A DNA stretch of 64,000 nt, taken from an uncultured delta proteobacterium (GTDB taxonomy: Bacteria; Desulfobacterota; BSN033; UBA1163). The position numbers were made by a program, and so were the translations under genes. The stretch covers positions 32,001 to 96,000 of the forward strand of contig CAVPSJ010000007.1 of assembly GCA_963708295.1 (NCBI GenBank), given 5' to 3'. Shown piece after piece: positions 20,419 through 31,598 of the stretch (positions are counted from its first letter, which is position 1; each line of letters opens with the position of its first letter). The notes under the pieces are model-generated. The model was not told the DNA's origin and made no database searches. It worked only from the letters and a program-made list of their open reading frames with translations.

Positions 20419-22098
20419 TTATGCCTTCTTGGCGCTTTCAACCATTTCTCTGGCATGGGCTTTGGTCTTCTCCGTAACCTTCACCCCTCCCAACATCCTG
20501 GCTATTTCATCCACGATCGACTCCTTATCCAGTCGATCCACCAAGGTCGTGGTCCGCCCTGATTTTACCTCTTTCCTCACACTGTGGTGCTGGTCGGCAA
20601 AACAGGCAATCTGAGGAAGGTGAGTGACACAGATCACCTGATGATGCCGGGAAAGTTCTTTCAACTTCTTCCCGACCACTTCTGCCATCGCCCCTCCAAT
20701 TCCGGAGTCGACTTCATCGAAGATGAGAACCTGTCTTCCGCCGACCTTGGCCAAAATTCTTTTCATGGCCAGCATGATTCGTGAGAGCTCCCCTCCAGAA
20801 GCAATTTTCGCCAGGGGCTTCACCTCCTCGCCGACATTGGGAGAAATCAGAAACTCTACACGATCCACCCCTCTCGGAGAAAGGGGGGCAGACTCCATCC
20901 GGATTTCAAAAATGGTCTTTTTCATGCCCAGAGAATTCAATTCCCTCTCCACCGATTTTTTCAATTCCAATGCCACTTTCTTTCTCTCCCCCGAGAGTCG
21001 CTTCCCCAGATTATCCAACGTTTGCCGGAGCGGCTCCAAAAGGCCTTCCAGTTGGGAAAGCCTTTCTTCATCGGAAGTAAAGGATTCCAACGCTTCATCC
21101 AACTTCTGTTTCAAGGAGAGAACGGCTTCAACAGTCGGCCCATATTTCCTCTTCAGCCGGTCGATCTCCTCCAGCCTGTCCTCAATCTCGTCCAACCTCG
21201 TCGGGTTGATCTCCACCCTTCTCGAATACTCTCGAAGCGTGAGCGCGGCCTCCTCCAGCTGAATGAGGACGGAATCCAGGGCCTTCAAGGGTTGAGAAAG
21301 GAAAGGATCAACCGCCGCTGCCTCCCGGCACTGAGTAAGTACGTTCTGGACCCTTTCGATCGCTGAACCTTCTTCGGAATAAAGCGCTTCTTCGGCGGCA
21401 AGGGCAAAATCCATCAATTTCTTCGCATGGGTGAGGAGGATTCGGTCCTCCTTCATAGACTCTTCTTCTCCAATTTGGATTCCGGAAGTTTCAATCTCCC
21501 TCGACTGGAAAGCCATTAGGTCTCGTTCCTTCGCTTTTTTCTCCCTCTCATCCCGGATCTTTTGAACCTCTTCAGATAAAGAGATAAATTCCAGGTACTG
21601 TCTTTGAAATTCCTCTCGGAGTCCGACCAGTCCCCCGAATTCATCCAGAATACCAAGGTGCGTCTCTACCCGCTGAAGCGTTTGATGTTCGTGCTGACCG
21701 TAGATGCTGAGGAGCCCTTCTCCGACCTCCGAAAGCACTCCGAGAGTGGACAGATTTCCATTGATAAAGACCTTTCCCCGGCCGCTTCGGGAGATCACGC
21801 GGCGAATGAGGAGGGAATCCTCTTCTCCGGTGCCCTGCAGATGCGGAGCCTTCTCTTTTATCTTCTCCCTGATCTCTGAATTTCCACAGAGGTCGAAGAG
21901 GGCCTCCACGTTTGCCTCTTCTTCTGAACTACGAATCCATTCCTCGGTCGCTTTATCCCCTAAAAGCAGGTGGACGGCATTGAGGATAATGGACTTCCCC
22001 GCTCCCGTCTCGCCGCTGAGGATATTGAAGCCTTTGGAGAAGGACAAATTCAGCTCATCGATGATAGCAAAATTCTTGATTCGAAGCTCGATCAACAT
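20419..22098 (-). CDS. recN: DNA repair protein RecN
   Basis: MLIELRIKNFAII, GETGAGKS, IYGQHEHQ, ASGGELSR, FDEVDSG, VTHLPQIA. Confidence 0.97.
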   Translation of the reverse strand: MLIELRIKNFAIIDELNLSFSKGFNILSGETGAGKSIILNAVHLLLGDKATEEWIRSSEEEANVEALFDLCGNSEIREKIKEKAPHLQGTGEEDSLLIRRVISRSGRGKVFINGNLSTLGVLSEVGEGLLSIYGQHEHQTLQRVETHLGILDEFGGLVGLREEFQRQYLEFISLSEEVQKIRDEREKKAKERDLMAFQSREIETSGIQIGEEESMKEDRILLTHAKKLMDFALAAEEALYSEEGSAIERVQNVLTQCREAAAVDPFLSQPLKALDSVLIQLEEAALTLREYSRRVEINPTRLDEIEDRLEEIDRLKRKYGPTVEAVLSLKQKLDEALESFTSDEERLSQLEGLLEPLRQTLDNLGKRLSGERKKVALELKKSVERELNSLGMKKTIFEIRMESAPLSPRGVDRVEFLISPNVGEEVKPLAKIASGGELSRIMLAMKRILAKVGGRQVLIFDEVDSGIGGAMAEVVGKKLKELSRHHQVICVTHLPQIACFADQHHSVRKEVKSGRTTTLVDRLDKESIVDEIARMLGGVKVTEKTKAHAREMVESAKKA

Positions 22099-22197
22099 AG
22101 AATTAGAGTAATGAGTTCGGAGTTCATGGTTCGGAGCCCGAAAACTATTCAGAAAATCTAACACTCCGAGCTCCCAACTCCCAACTCCGAGCTATCA
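22099..22197. repeat. Inverted 7-mer tandem-repeat element filling the nadK-recN spacer
   Basis: Sense strand: tagctcggagttgggagttgggagctcggag ... ctccgaaccatgaactccgaactcattactctaattct-ATG. Confidence 0.8.
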
Positions 22198-23082
22198 TTA
22201 TCTTTCCCCCCATTTTAGCTTTTCCCTCAGCAATTCAAAATACTGCCGGTAGGGCGATTTGATCAGAAGGATGCGCCCTTCCGCCTTTTCGACCTCCACC
22301 ACGTCCTCAAATTCCAGAGTGAATCCCTGCTGGCCATCCAACGTGAGAGTCACTTCTTCGTCTCTCGATTTCAGCAACGCCCGAATCTTCACATCATCGG
22401 GAATAATAATAGGACGGATCGTTAAGGTATGAGGGCAAATGGGCGTGATGATGATCGTATGGAGCGAGGGGTAGACAATCGGTCCTCCGGCGGAAAGATT
22501 ATAGGCGGTGGAACCTGTGGGTGTCGATATAATTAACCCGTCCGATCTGAAAGTCGACAAATATTCGCCGTTAACCGTGGTCTCCAGATCAATGATTCGT
22601 GCCAGGGCTCCTTTGTTGATCACCGCATCGTTCAGCACGATGAATTCCGCAATCCGCTTCCCACTTCGAATCACACCCGCATTCAAAACTTCTCTCTCGT
22701 TGGTGGCAAAGTCATCTTGAACGATTCTCTCCAGGACAGGGTACAATTCATCCAAACTGATTTCGGTCAAGAAACCCAGTCCACCCAGGTTGACGCCAAG
22801 GATAGGGATGTTCTTGTTCCATACCTGGCGGGCCACACTGAGAAGCGTCCCATCTCCTCCCAGGACGATGATCATCTCCAGATTATCCGGAATTTCATCC
22901 CTCTCGATGGACTTCCAATGCCCCCCGGAGGGGGAGACGGGAAGGAGTTTTCCAAATTCTGCGTCAAGATAGACTTTGATCTTCCTCGTCGACAGCCATT
23001 CCACCAGATGGCTTGCAATCGTGACAACCTCCGGTTTATTCCTCTTCGCAACGATGCCGATTCGATTCATTGCAGACCCCAT
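22198..23082 (-). CDS. nadK: NAD kinase
   Basis: LGGDGTLL, GVNLGGLGFL, LNDAVI, DGLIISTPTGSTAYNLSAGGP. Confidence 0.97.
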   Translation of the reverse strand: MGSAMNRIGIVAKRNKPEVVTIASHLVEWLSTRKIKVYLDAEFGKLLPVSPSGGHWKSIERDEIPDNLEMIIVLGGDGTLLSVARQVWNKNIPILGVNLGGLGFLTEISLDELYPVLERIVQDDFATNEREVLNAGVIRSGKRIAEFIVLNDAVINKGALARIIDLETTVNGEYLSTFRSDGLIISTPTGSTAYNLSAGGPIVYPSLHTIIITPICPHTLTIRPIIIPDDVKIRALLKSRDEEVTLTLDGQQGFTLEFEDVVEVEKAEGRILLIKSPYRQYFELLREKLKWGER

Positions 23083-23155
23083 TCACCCCGTATCTCGTGT
23101 CCGTTTCCATGTCCGGAAGAAAACAATTTAAAGGGACGCGGTCAAAGACGTGTCC

Positions 23156-24187
23156 TTACATAAGATGATACTTTATTCGAATCTTTTTTGACAACTCCTT
23201 TAGCACCTCAAACGCTTTCTCAACGGTCTTCTCCTTATCCACATTCAGCAGGTTGCAGGTTGCCGGTGCCAGAAGCGATTGTCGAAGGAGTCTCTTTGAA
23301 TCGATTCCCTTCAGAGAGAGAGCCTCCCAAAAACTTTCCAACCTCTCCATCAGAGAATCAATAGTCTCCTGCTCCAAAAGCTCTGTGTACGTAGGGACAA
23401 TCCCCCAGGAAAGGACTCCTCCCCTCTCTACAAATTCTTTCAGGGAGGGGTAGTGGACGATCATGGCCCCGGAATTCAAGGAATCGAAGGAAAGGATATC
23501 TATCTTTGATTTGAGGAGAAAATCCCAATCCGGCTTGGCACAAAGATGAACCCCTTTGGGTCCTTCCAGCCCTTCCAAAAACCGATCAAAATCAGTCTTC
23601 GCCTGGAACTCGTTGTATCCGGATAACGCATTGAAGATGAGCGCCAATCCGGGATCATCGACCCATACAAAGGCATTGGGGTTTCTCTCTTTCAATTCCC
23701 GGTATTGTCGATTCACTTTCTTTTGAATAAAATCGAATAAAACCTCTTTGACCTCATCATGATAATTGATCGATTTTTGGTTCTCGTCCACGATCTTCAT
23801 CCCCAGACTGATGGGACTGATCACCTGGCCCCGGATGGCGGCGTAATGAGAGAGGTCTCTTTCCAAAAAACGATGGTAGACGAGAGAAAACTCTTTTGTC
23901 AATTCAAAGGTCCCGGGGTCATCTGCCTTCTCAAAATAGGAAGGAAGCTCCTGTTCGAAACGGGAAAGGTTGAAATCGATTTTTTGATGGACCGGGTCGA
24001 TTCTCACCCCCGGAAAATTCTCCAGAGCCTGCACGTACATGTCCTCGAAGTAACTGACCTTCGGAAGTTGGGGCCAAAATGGGATGTCGAGGGTCAAGGC
24101 GACGTCCAGAGCTCTCTGAACATCTTGGTGAGGCATAATGCCCATAGCAGTGGTCTGACAATTGGGCGAGAAACCTAGGGCGACCAT
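23156..24187 (-). CDS. Core (single-barrel) cobalamin-independent-type methionine synthase, MesB-like
   Basis: PFWPQLP..EDMYVQ, DDPGL, Zn ligands GVHLC and PATC, SWGIVP. Confidence 0.7.
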   Translation of the reverse strand: MVALGFSPNCQTTAMGIMPHQDVQRALDVALTLDIPFWPQLPKVSYFEDMYVQALENFPGVRIDPVHQKIDFNLSRFEQELPSYFEKADDPGTFELTKEFSLVYHRFLERDLSHYAAIRGQVISPISLGMKIVDENQKSINYHDEVKEVLFDFIQKKVNRQYRELKERNPNAFVWVDDPGLALIFNALSGYNEFQAKTDFDRFLEGLEGPKGVHLCAKPDWDFLLKSKIDILSFDSLNSGAMIVHYPSLKEFVERGGVLSWGIVPTYTELLEQETIDSLMERLESFWEALSLKGIDSKRLLRQSLLAPATCNLLNVDKEKTVEKAFEVLKELSKKIRIKYHLM

Positions 24188-24903
24188 TATGGGAGTCCTT
24201 CCAACAGGCGGACCAGCCTGCGAATCTCTCCCCGATTCGGGAGAAGGGGATCTAACATTAAAGCGGTTTTCAGATGGTAAAGGGCCTTTTGTTTGTTCTG
24301 AAATTCATACCAGTAGATTTGCCCGAGATTGAGATGGGCAAGGGCGTAGGAGGGGGAAATTCTAATTTCCAACTCCAATTCTCTGACGGCTTTATCAAAC
24401 TTCTTTTGGGCCATATAGACAACGGCTAAGAGATTGTGAACCTCTGGAATATAAGGGAATATACTGAGAAATTTCTGAAAAGCTTTTTCAGATTCCTCAT
24501 ATTGGCCGGTTTCAAAATAGATCTGCCCGAGAGAATAATAGGCCAAACTAAAACCCCGATCCACTTCGAGTGTCTTCTTCTCCATCTCGATCGCCTTCTG
24601 GGCATCTCCCATTTGCTTGTAGGTAAGGCCAAGGATGTAATACGCCTCCCCATGCTTCGGATCGAGTTGTATTGCCCTTTGTGCGGCCTCAAGAGATCGA
24701 TCATAGGCCCCTGCATTAAAATAGGCAAACCCGAGTTGAATATACGGTCTTGCTTTTCTTGGGGATTTCTTCACACAATCGACGCAGAGTCCTATCTCGT
24801 CATTCCAAATGTTATTCCTCGAAAGGGCCCCGGCAGAGAGGAGCAGGATGATGGCTCCGAAGATTACGATCTCTAAGAGATGGGGTTTCATCCGCTCGAT
24901 CAA
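24187..24903 (-). CDS. TM-anchored TPR protein resembling a TMTC C-terminal module
   Basis: N-terminal TM, RNNIWNDEIGLCVDCVKKSPRKARPYIQLG, then TPR repeats. Confidence 0.85.
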   Translation of the reverse strand: MIERMKPHLLEIVIFGAIILLLSAGALSRNNIWNDEIGLCVDCVKKSPRKARPYIQLGFAYFNAGAYDRSLEAAQRAIQLDPKHGEAYYILGLTYKQMGDAQKAIEMEKKTLEVDRGFSLAYYSLGQIYFETGQYEESEKAFQKFLSIFPYIPEVHNLLAVVYMAQKKFDKAVRELELEIRISPSYALAHLNLGQIYWYEFQNKQKALYHLKTALMLDPLLPNRGEIRRLVRLLEGLP

Positions 24904-25637
24904 TTCTCTTTCCCCTTCTTCTGTCTTTGGGCCGCCTCTAGCGCTAAGACAACCTTACCAATTTTTTCAGCATCAAGTAGACCGGGATGACTCAGCGCCT
25001 TTCTATAATGGGCAAGTGCCCCAGGATAATCTCGGATGGCCTCATAACTCTCCCCTAAGTAAAGGTGGGCATAAATATTATCGGGATGAACTCTCAGCTC
25101 TTCGTGAAATGACCGGATCGCCTTATCCCATTTCTTTAGCCCGTTATAAGCGAGTCCCATATGATTGTGCCCATTTTCATAGTCAGGCTTGACTTGTAGA
25201 AGTTTCTCAAAAGTCTGAACGGCATCTTTGTGGAGACCTTTTTTGTGATACGCAAGGCCAAGATTGTAAAGACAATCCGGGAAATTTGAATTCAATTCGA
25301 CTGCCCTCTTGTAGTGATCAATGGCCTCATCCATCAGTCCTTTTTCGTAATAAACCAGGCCTAAGTTATACAACGACAGGAAATAGGAAGGATTCAAGCT
25401 TAATGCCTCCTCATATTCCTGTTGAGCATCATTCAACCTTTTTAGTTCGTGATAGGCAAGACCTAAATTGTGGTGAGTCCTCTCTTTATGAAGAGACTTT
25501 CTCATGCAGTCCTTCCATAACTCTACTTCACTTTTCCATACAGCATTCCTTCGATAAGTTCCCGCGAGCAGGAAGATCACAATAAAAAATAGAATCAACC
25601 AGTCAAGGATCTCCCCTGTGGGCTTTTTCGTATTCAT
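24900..25637 (-). CDS. TM-anchored TPR protein, TMTC C-terminal module (may be fused to the upstream gene if a 1-nt error is present)
   Basis: TM, TYRRNAVWKSEVELWKDCMRKSLHKERTHHNLG, TPR repeats. Confidence 0.8.
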   Translation of the reverse strand: MNTKKPTGEILDWLILFFIVIFLLAGTYRRNAVWKSEVELWKDCMRKSLHKERTHHNLGLAYHELKRLNDAQQEYEEALSLNPSYFLSLYNLGLVYYEKGLMDEAIDHYKRAVELNSNFPDCLYNLGLAYHKKGLHKDAVQTFEKLLQVKPDYENGHNHMGLAYNGLKKWDKAIRSFHEELRVHPDNIYAHLYLGESYEAIRDYPGALAHYRKALSHPGLLDAEKIGKVVLALEAAQRQKKGKEN

Positions 25638-25638
25638 A

Positions 25639-26910
25639 CTAGGGGTTTGATTGACCAACCCCCGGGGTGGGTTTCAAGAAGGAGGTTCTGTTCTTGATTT
25701 TTTCTATGCCTCTTATCATCATGAGACTGAATAAAACGAAAGGACCCACGGCCGGGAGATAAAGCCTGTGTTCATATACCATTTCCAAAGGGAAAATAGA
25801 TGATTCAATGACCAAGTTTCCGAAATACCATAAAACAAAGAAGGAAAGGACAGGCTTTTTTCTAGCGACCCAGATGCTATATCCCACTATCCCAGCGATG
25901 ATTAAGATGGAGATCAGTGTCGTAGCAGGATCAAGAATCGTCTTTGAAATGGGAAAATCATAATCCAGATTGAGACGGGAGGGATGCGGATAAATAAGGA
26001 GGGTGACATAATAGAGGACGACCCTGAACTGAGTCAGCACCCTCTCCGACATCGTGAACGTCCGATATTGGTAACCCACTATCGTGAGATCAATATACCT
26101 TCTTCCCCAGAAGATAAATCCGAACGCCCCCACAACGACCACAATGCCAATGAGAACAAGAAGAATATTCTTACCCCTCGGGCTCAGGTCCAATTTTTGA
26201 AAAAAATAGAACTCATAGAGAGCAATAAACAATGGGAGGATGGCTACATTCTCTTTTGAAAAAACCCCGAGTAGATAACTCAACACCATTCCTCCAAAGT
26301 AAAGGGTCCGGAGTAGACCCGTTGTTAATCTTCCCTTAACATAGAGGATCAGGGAGAGGAGATAGAACATCCCGGCCATACTGGTCATCCTTTGAACAAT
26401 ATAGGTGACCGATTGGGTTTGAATAGGATGGGAGATAAAGATTAGACTTGAAAAAAGAGCCACTTTGTATGAAATGGCCCCATACCTTTCTTTTAAGGAC
26501 GGTAGATTGAAGGTCAGGAGAAGGAACCAGTATAAGAAGATTCCTGAAGCGACATGGATAACAAAATTTACTAAATGATAACCAAAAACGTCGAAACCTC
26601 CAAAATAGTAATTCACGGCTATGGTAAAGAATGAAAAAACTCGAATCGTTTCCTTGTAAGTATGCGTGACCAACTGAACCAATCGATCCAATGTGAAAAC
26701 TCTTATCTGGATGTTGGGATTTAGGGTAATCTGGGGCCGATCGTCGAAATGGAATGGAGCATGAAAAGTGTTGGAATAGGCTAACAGCGCCACTCCGGCA
26801 ATCAGTCCCACGGCAATGAGATGGTGAATGACGGGTCGACGTTTCAAGCCTGTTTTTGGGAGGATCTTCTTCTTCTGATCTGATTTTTGATTGTTATTAG
26901 GCTTCGCCAC
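25639..26910 (-). CDS. TMTC-like GT-C membrane glycosyltransferase core
   Basis: FHFDD, GYHLVNFVIH, HPIQTQSVTYIVQR, SKEN, YEHRLYLP; multiple TM segments. Confidence 0.85.
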   Translation of the reverse strand: MAKPNNNQKSDQKKKILPKTGLKRRPVIHHLIAVGLIAGVALLAYSNTFHAPFHFDDRPQITLNPNIQIRVFTLDRLVQLVTHTYKETIRVFSFFTIAVNYYFGGFDVFGYHLVNFVIHVASGIFLYWFLLLTFNLPSLKERYGAISYKVALFSSLIFISHPIQTQSVTYIVQRMTSMAGMFYLLSLILYVKGRLTTGLLRTLYFGGMVLSYLLGVFSKENVAILPLFIALYEFYFFQKLDLSPRGKNILLVLIGIVVVVGAFGFIFWGRRYIDLTIVGYQYRTFTMSERVLTQFRVVLYYVTLLIYPHPSRLNLDYDFPISKTILDPATTLISILIIAGIVGYSIWVARKKPVLSFFVLWYFGNLVIESSIFPLEMVYEHRLYLPAVGPFVLFSLMMIRGIEKIKNRTSFLKPTPGVGQSNP

Positions 26911-27844
26911 AGGTCTTCTTTTTCTCTTGTCTCTGGAGTTGTTCGAGTAAGTATATCATTCCAATCAATCCGATTTCAATAAGAGTCATCCAAATACGGG
27001 TGAGAACGGAAAGAATCACTGCGACCGGAGTGGCCATGACAAACGAGAGAAGAAAAACTAATGCTCCTTCTCTTACCCCCAACCCGCTCGGAGCAAAAAT
27101 GGCGATCAATCCCAAAGTGCTTGAAATGGCCAGGGCACCTGTTAAGAACAAAATGGACCGGAGTGCCAAGGGGTAGATCGAGTCGACAAAGAGATAAAAG
27201 CCGAGTCCTCCAACCAACCAGGCCACGATACAGACAGTTAATATCCAGAGAATATCCGAATAAGACGCGGATAAAGAGATAGGCTCCCTCCTGAAGAGAA
27301 CGAGCACCCAATTCATTATCTTTTGAAGAACTTGTGGATGAATAGAGGCGAAGGATAAGATGAAAACGGGAACCAGCCACCAGAGTTGCTTACCGGAATA
27401 AAGATACCTTGTCTCTCGAACCAGAACCGGGGAGGCCAGAAAGATCATCCCGCCTGCTATCACAACTGTGACCATTTCAAAGTACAGCGCAACGGAGATC
27501 AATTTCCTCGGTTTTCCTCTGGATTCGTAAGAGTAGATCCGGCCCAGAAGAAGCCATATCTTCCCCGGCAAATATTTACCCAATTGCGAATAGAACCAAC
27601 TTTTTGTTGTTTCTGGAAAGGAGACTGCGATTTTCAACTTCAACGTGATAAGATACCAGGCCCAAACCTGGATGAAATAGCTGGAAGCAAAAATGAGGGT
27701 AGACAAAATGAGAGGAAAAGCTCGGAGCGTAAAAGGAGTGTCCCTTACCTGACTCCAATTGTCCCATACCATCTTTCCCAAGAAAACAAAAATGGCAAAG
27801 GCAATCACCCATTTTAGGGCCAGTTTGTAATTGAAACGTACCAT
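26897..27844 (-). CDS. Lysylphosphatidylglycerol synthase TM-domain (UPF0104, flippase-like) protein
   Basis: SQLGKYLPGKIW, APSGLGVREG; polytopic. Confidence 0.85.
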   Translation of the reverse strand: MVRFNYKLALKWVIAFAIFVFLGKMVWDNWSQVRDTPFTLRAFPLILSTLIFASSYFIQVWAWYLITLKLKIAVSFPETTKSWFYSQLGKYLPGKIWLLLGRIYSYESRGKPRKLISVALYFEMVTVVIAGGMIFLASPVLVRETRYLYSGKQLWWLVPVFILSFASIHPQVLQKIMNWVLVLFRREPISLSASYSDILWILTVCIVAWLVGGLGFYLFVDSIYPLALRSILFLTGALAISSTLGLIAIFAPSGLGVREGALVFLLSFVMATPVAVILSVLTRIWMTLIEIGLIGMIYLLEQLQRQEKKKTCGEA

Positions 27845-27850
27845 TATCTT

Positions 27851-28603
27851 TTATCTTTTCGTCAATACCCAGATATAGGTGGGAACCCATGGATAGAAAT
27901 AAGGTGCCAGCACGCGAATACACCTGTATAAATATGAGTTGGGATTAAAAAGCTCGGTCGCAGAAAACTTCTCGGGGTTTTGAATAATGGGAAGAGTATA
28001 ATCGTAGATTTGGAATTTTTGAACTAACTTCTTTAGCCCTCGCAGGGAGAGGTGCTCTTCATAATAAAAACTACCTTTCCCGGTCATTTTAAGATAATAA
28101 TGGGCAAACGATTTGGGAACCCAGGATAGAAAGGGAAGACCGTAATGCCCTTCGAGAATCATATGCTTGTTCCCTGCAGAAAAATAGCAGAAACCTTTCT
28201 CTTTCAGAACACGATAAATTTCATCCATCATCCGATCCGCGTACGGAACATGCTCGTAAATGTGGTTGCATACGATCACATCCACTGAATTGTCGTGGAG
28301 TGGAAGGGCCATGGAATCAGCCATTAGGAATTGAACGCGAGGCGATGAAGAATGATCTTGAGCATATCGAATAGCTTCTTCATCAATATCCATCCCGAAG
28401 GACATCCGGAAATGATTTCCGAGGAGAGAGGTGATAATCCCGCTGGAACATCCGATGTCAAGGCAATTCATGGATGGGGTGCCGGGATTAAAATCTTGGA
28501 GAACGCTTCGGATTTTTTCGGATTTCTGGGTTCGCCCCTCAACATCTTTTAGAACAAAATCCCCTCGGGATAAATGAAGCTGATAACTTCTCTTTTGAGT
28601 CAT
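27851..28603 (-). CDS. Class I SAM-dependent methyltransferase
   Basis: LDIGCSSG, DVIVCNHIYEHV, EIYRVLK. Confidence 0.88.
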   Translation of the reverse strand: MTQKRSYQLHLSRGDFVLKDVEGRTQKSEKIRSVLQDFNPGTPSMNCLDIGCSSGIITSLLGNHFRMSFGMDIDEEAIRYAQDHSSSPRVQFLMADSMALPLHDNSVDVIVCNHIYEHVPYADRMMDEIYRVLKEKGFCYFSAGNKHMILEGHYGLPFLSWVPKSFAHYYLKMTGKGSFYYEEHLSLRGLKKLVQKFQIYDYTLPIIQNPEKFSATELFNPNSYLYRCIRVLAPYFYPWVPTYIWVLTKR

Positions 28604-28610
28604 GGCTTCT

Positions 28611-29360
28611 TTAACAGGAATAAGTGGTCCTGATAGTAAGAAATGTAATCCTCTCTTTTCTATTCTTCTTCAATTCCCAAGAGGCGATGCGAGAAAACCA
28701 CTTACGGGGGACCAACCCGTACCGAATCAGATAAAGGAGCCACCATCGGCCCATTCGGATAGGATAATGCTGAAGACATTCCATTCCGGATGAACCAAAG
28801 GCATCCAGGTATTCCTTCAGGCTTGGCCTGTTCCGCTTCGTGTTGTCTGATACTTGCTCTATAAAGTAAAGCCTCCCACCTTTCTTCAAATAACGAGCCA
28901 AACTGGAAAGGGTGTATTTTAATAATTCTTCCTTCATGGTCTGCAAGACACCCACGGAAAGGATGAGGTCAAAGGGATAAGGGAAAACGGGAAAATGAAG
29001 ACCGTCATAGACCGCGAATTCCACATTCTCTGCCACACGATTTTCTTCGGCGAGATCGATCATCTCCCGGGTAATTTCTAATCCCACTACTTTCCTCACC
29101 CTGGGTGCAATCCAATAAGCAACCCTTCCACTGCCACATCCAAAATCCAAAACGACTTCTTCCCTCTTTAACCGCAGCACCTCCTCCAGGGCCGCTTTCT
29201 GGAGAAGGTCAATGTAATCATTCTTATCGCCGATTCGATCCGCTGGATCGATGCCGGACCTCAAGAATCCCTTTTGTGCCCTATTCCCCCAATCTACATT
29301 CTCGGTCAAGTCATTCCTCACCGCGTGCCTGTGGCAGGGCCCGTATTCCTTCCAGAACAT
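28611..29360 (-). CDS. Class I SAM-dependent methyltransferase (extreme C-terminus possibly frameshifted)
   Basis: VLDFGCGSG, FDLILSVGVL, LKKGG. Confidence 0.85.
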   Translation of the reverse strand: MFWKEYGPCHRHAVRNDLTENVDWGNRAQKGFLRSGIDPADRIGDKNDYIDLLQKAALEEVLRLKREEVVLDFGCGSGRVAYWIAPRVRKVVGLEITREMIDLAEENRVAENVEFAVYDGLHFPVFPYPFDLILSVGVLQTMKEELLKYTLSSLARYLKKGGRLYFIEQVSDNTKRNRPSLKEYLDAFGSSGMECLQHYPIRMGRWWLLYLIRYGLVPRKWFSRIASWELKKNRKERITFLTIRTTYSC

Positions 29361-29363
29361 TCT

Positions 29364-30368
29364 TTAACGGCCCTGGATCCATCTGACTATATTCGACCCC
29401 CAACTTGACGCGCCTAACCTTTTACCCCATTCCCAAGCTTTGCACCGAAGGGGATGATAATCCTTCACATAAGTGAAAATGCCCTTCGATTGACTACCCC
29501 ATTTCTCTTTAAATCGGATTAAAGAAAGGTCCATCGGATCCGAGCCCATAAAATCGAAGAAGGAAATCCTTTTCTCCAGTGCATTCTCTATCGATGAATG
29601 AACCAATAGTTCATTGGGACAGAACTTTAAGAATTCATACTGCGAACCATTATGGAAATAATGCGTTGAGGAAGCCGAATAAATGAGAATGATGCCGGCA
29701 ATCGCCACGCCATTCAGATGAGCCACGTAGATGGCGCCCAACCCTTTTTTTGTTAGTACTTCATAAAGGGTCTCAAACCAGCGCATTGGATACTTGGCCA
29801 TGGCCCTATTCCGGTCCATCGAGGCTATATAGAGTTCATAGAATACCTTTGCATCTTCTCTGGAATCTCCGCGACGAATTGTAACCCTACTTCTCTGTGC
29901 TTTTCTAACATCTCTACGAATATTTTTTTTGTAGCCTTCCCAAATTCTCTCTTTGTCATACCCTCTCAAATCTAATAGAGTGCACTTGGCGGAAGCTGGC
30001 CTAAAAGAAGGGTCCAATGGATAGGATTCGGAGAAAGGGGATTCGGTTAACCGGGCCTGGTCAATCCTTTTATTTCTAAACTCCTTTTCCAAGACTTCTA
30101 AAAAGGTCGGATAATAAGACCTTTGACCAATCAAATTTCCATACGGTATAGAGGCATATAGAATTTTGAAAATCCTAAAATTGAGCAAGACCCCCGGCAA
30201 ACCAGCAACGATCTCTCCTCCTTCTCTTAAGCAAAAATAAAGGGGTTGTCCTCCCAACCCCTGTTTGAGCACGTCACTCCATACCGATTGATAAAAGATG
30301 AGATCCGTGTATCGGGAGGCAAATTCATCCCATTCTTTTCCAGGCGACTCGAAAACCTTTAGTTCCAT
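29364..30368 (-). CDS. FemAB-like GNAT acyl/aminoacyl transferase
   Basis: RRDVRKAQR, PNELLVHSSI, FDFMGS, FKEKWG; start at MELKVF after SD GAGG. Confidence 0.82.
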   Translation of the reverse strand: MELKVFESPGKEWDEFASRYTDLIFYQSVWSDVLKQGLGGQPLYFCLREGGEIVAGLPGVLLNFRIFKILYASIPYGNLIGQRSYYPTFLEVLEKEFRNKRIDQARLTESPFSESYPLDPSFRPASAKCTLLDLRGYDKERIWEGYKKNIRRDVRKAQRSRVTIRRGDSREDAKVFYELYIASMDRNRAMAKYPMRWFETLYEVLTKKGLGAIYVAHLNGVAIAGIILIYSASSTHYFHNGSQYEFLKFCPNELLVHSSIENALEKRISFFDFMGSDPMDLSLIRFKEKWGSQSKGIFTYVKDYHPLRCKAWEWGKRLGASSWGSNIVRWIQGR

Positions 30369-30408
30369 GAAGCCTCGTGTTGGCCATAGGTGATTAGTCT
30401 CATCCGAT

Positions 30409-31562
<1,154 letters not shown>

Positions 31563-31589
31563 CGTGTCCGTGTCCGTGATCCGTGTCCG
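31563..31589. repeat. Left arm of a perfect 27-bp inverted repeat built from CGTGTC units
   Basis: cgtgtccgtgtccgtgatccgtgtccg is the exact reverse complement of 31988-32014. Confidence 0.97.
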
Positions 31590-31598
31590 TTATCAAAC

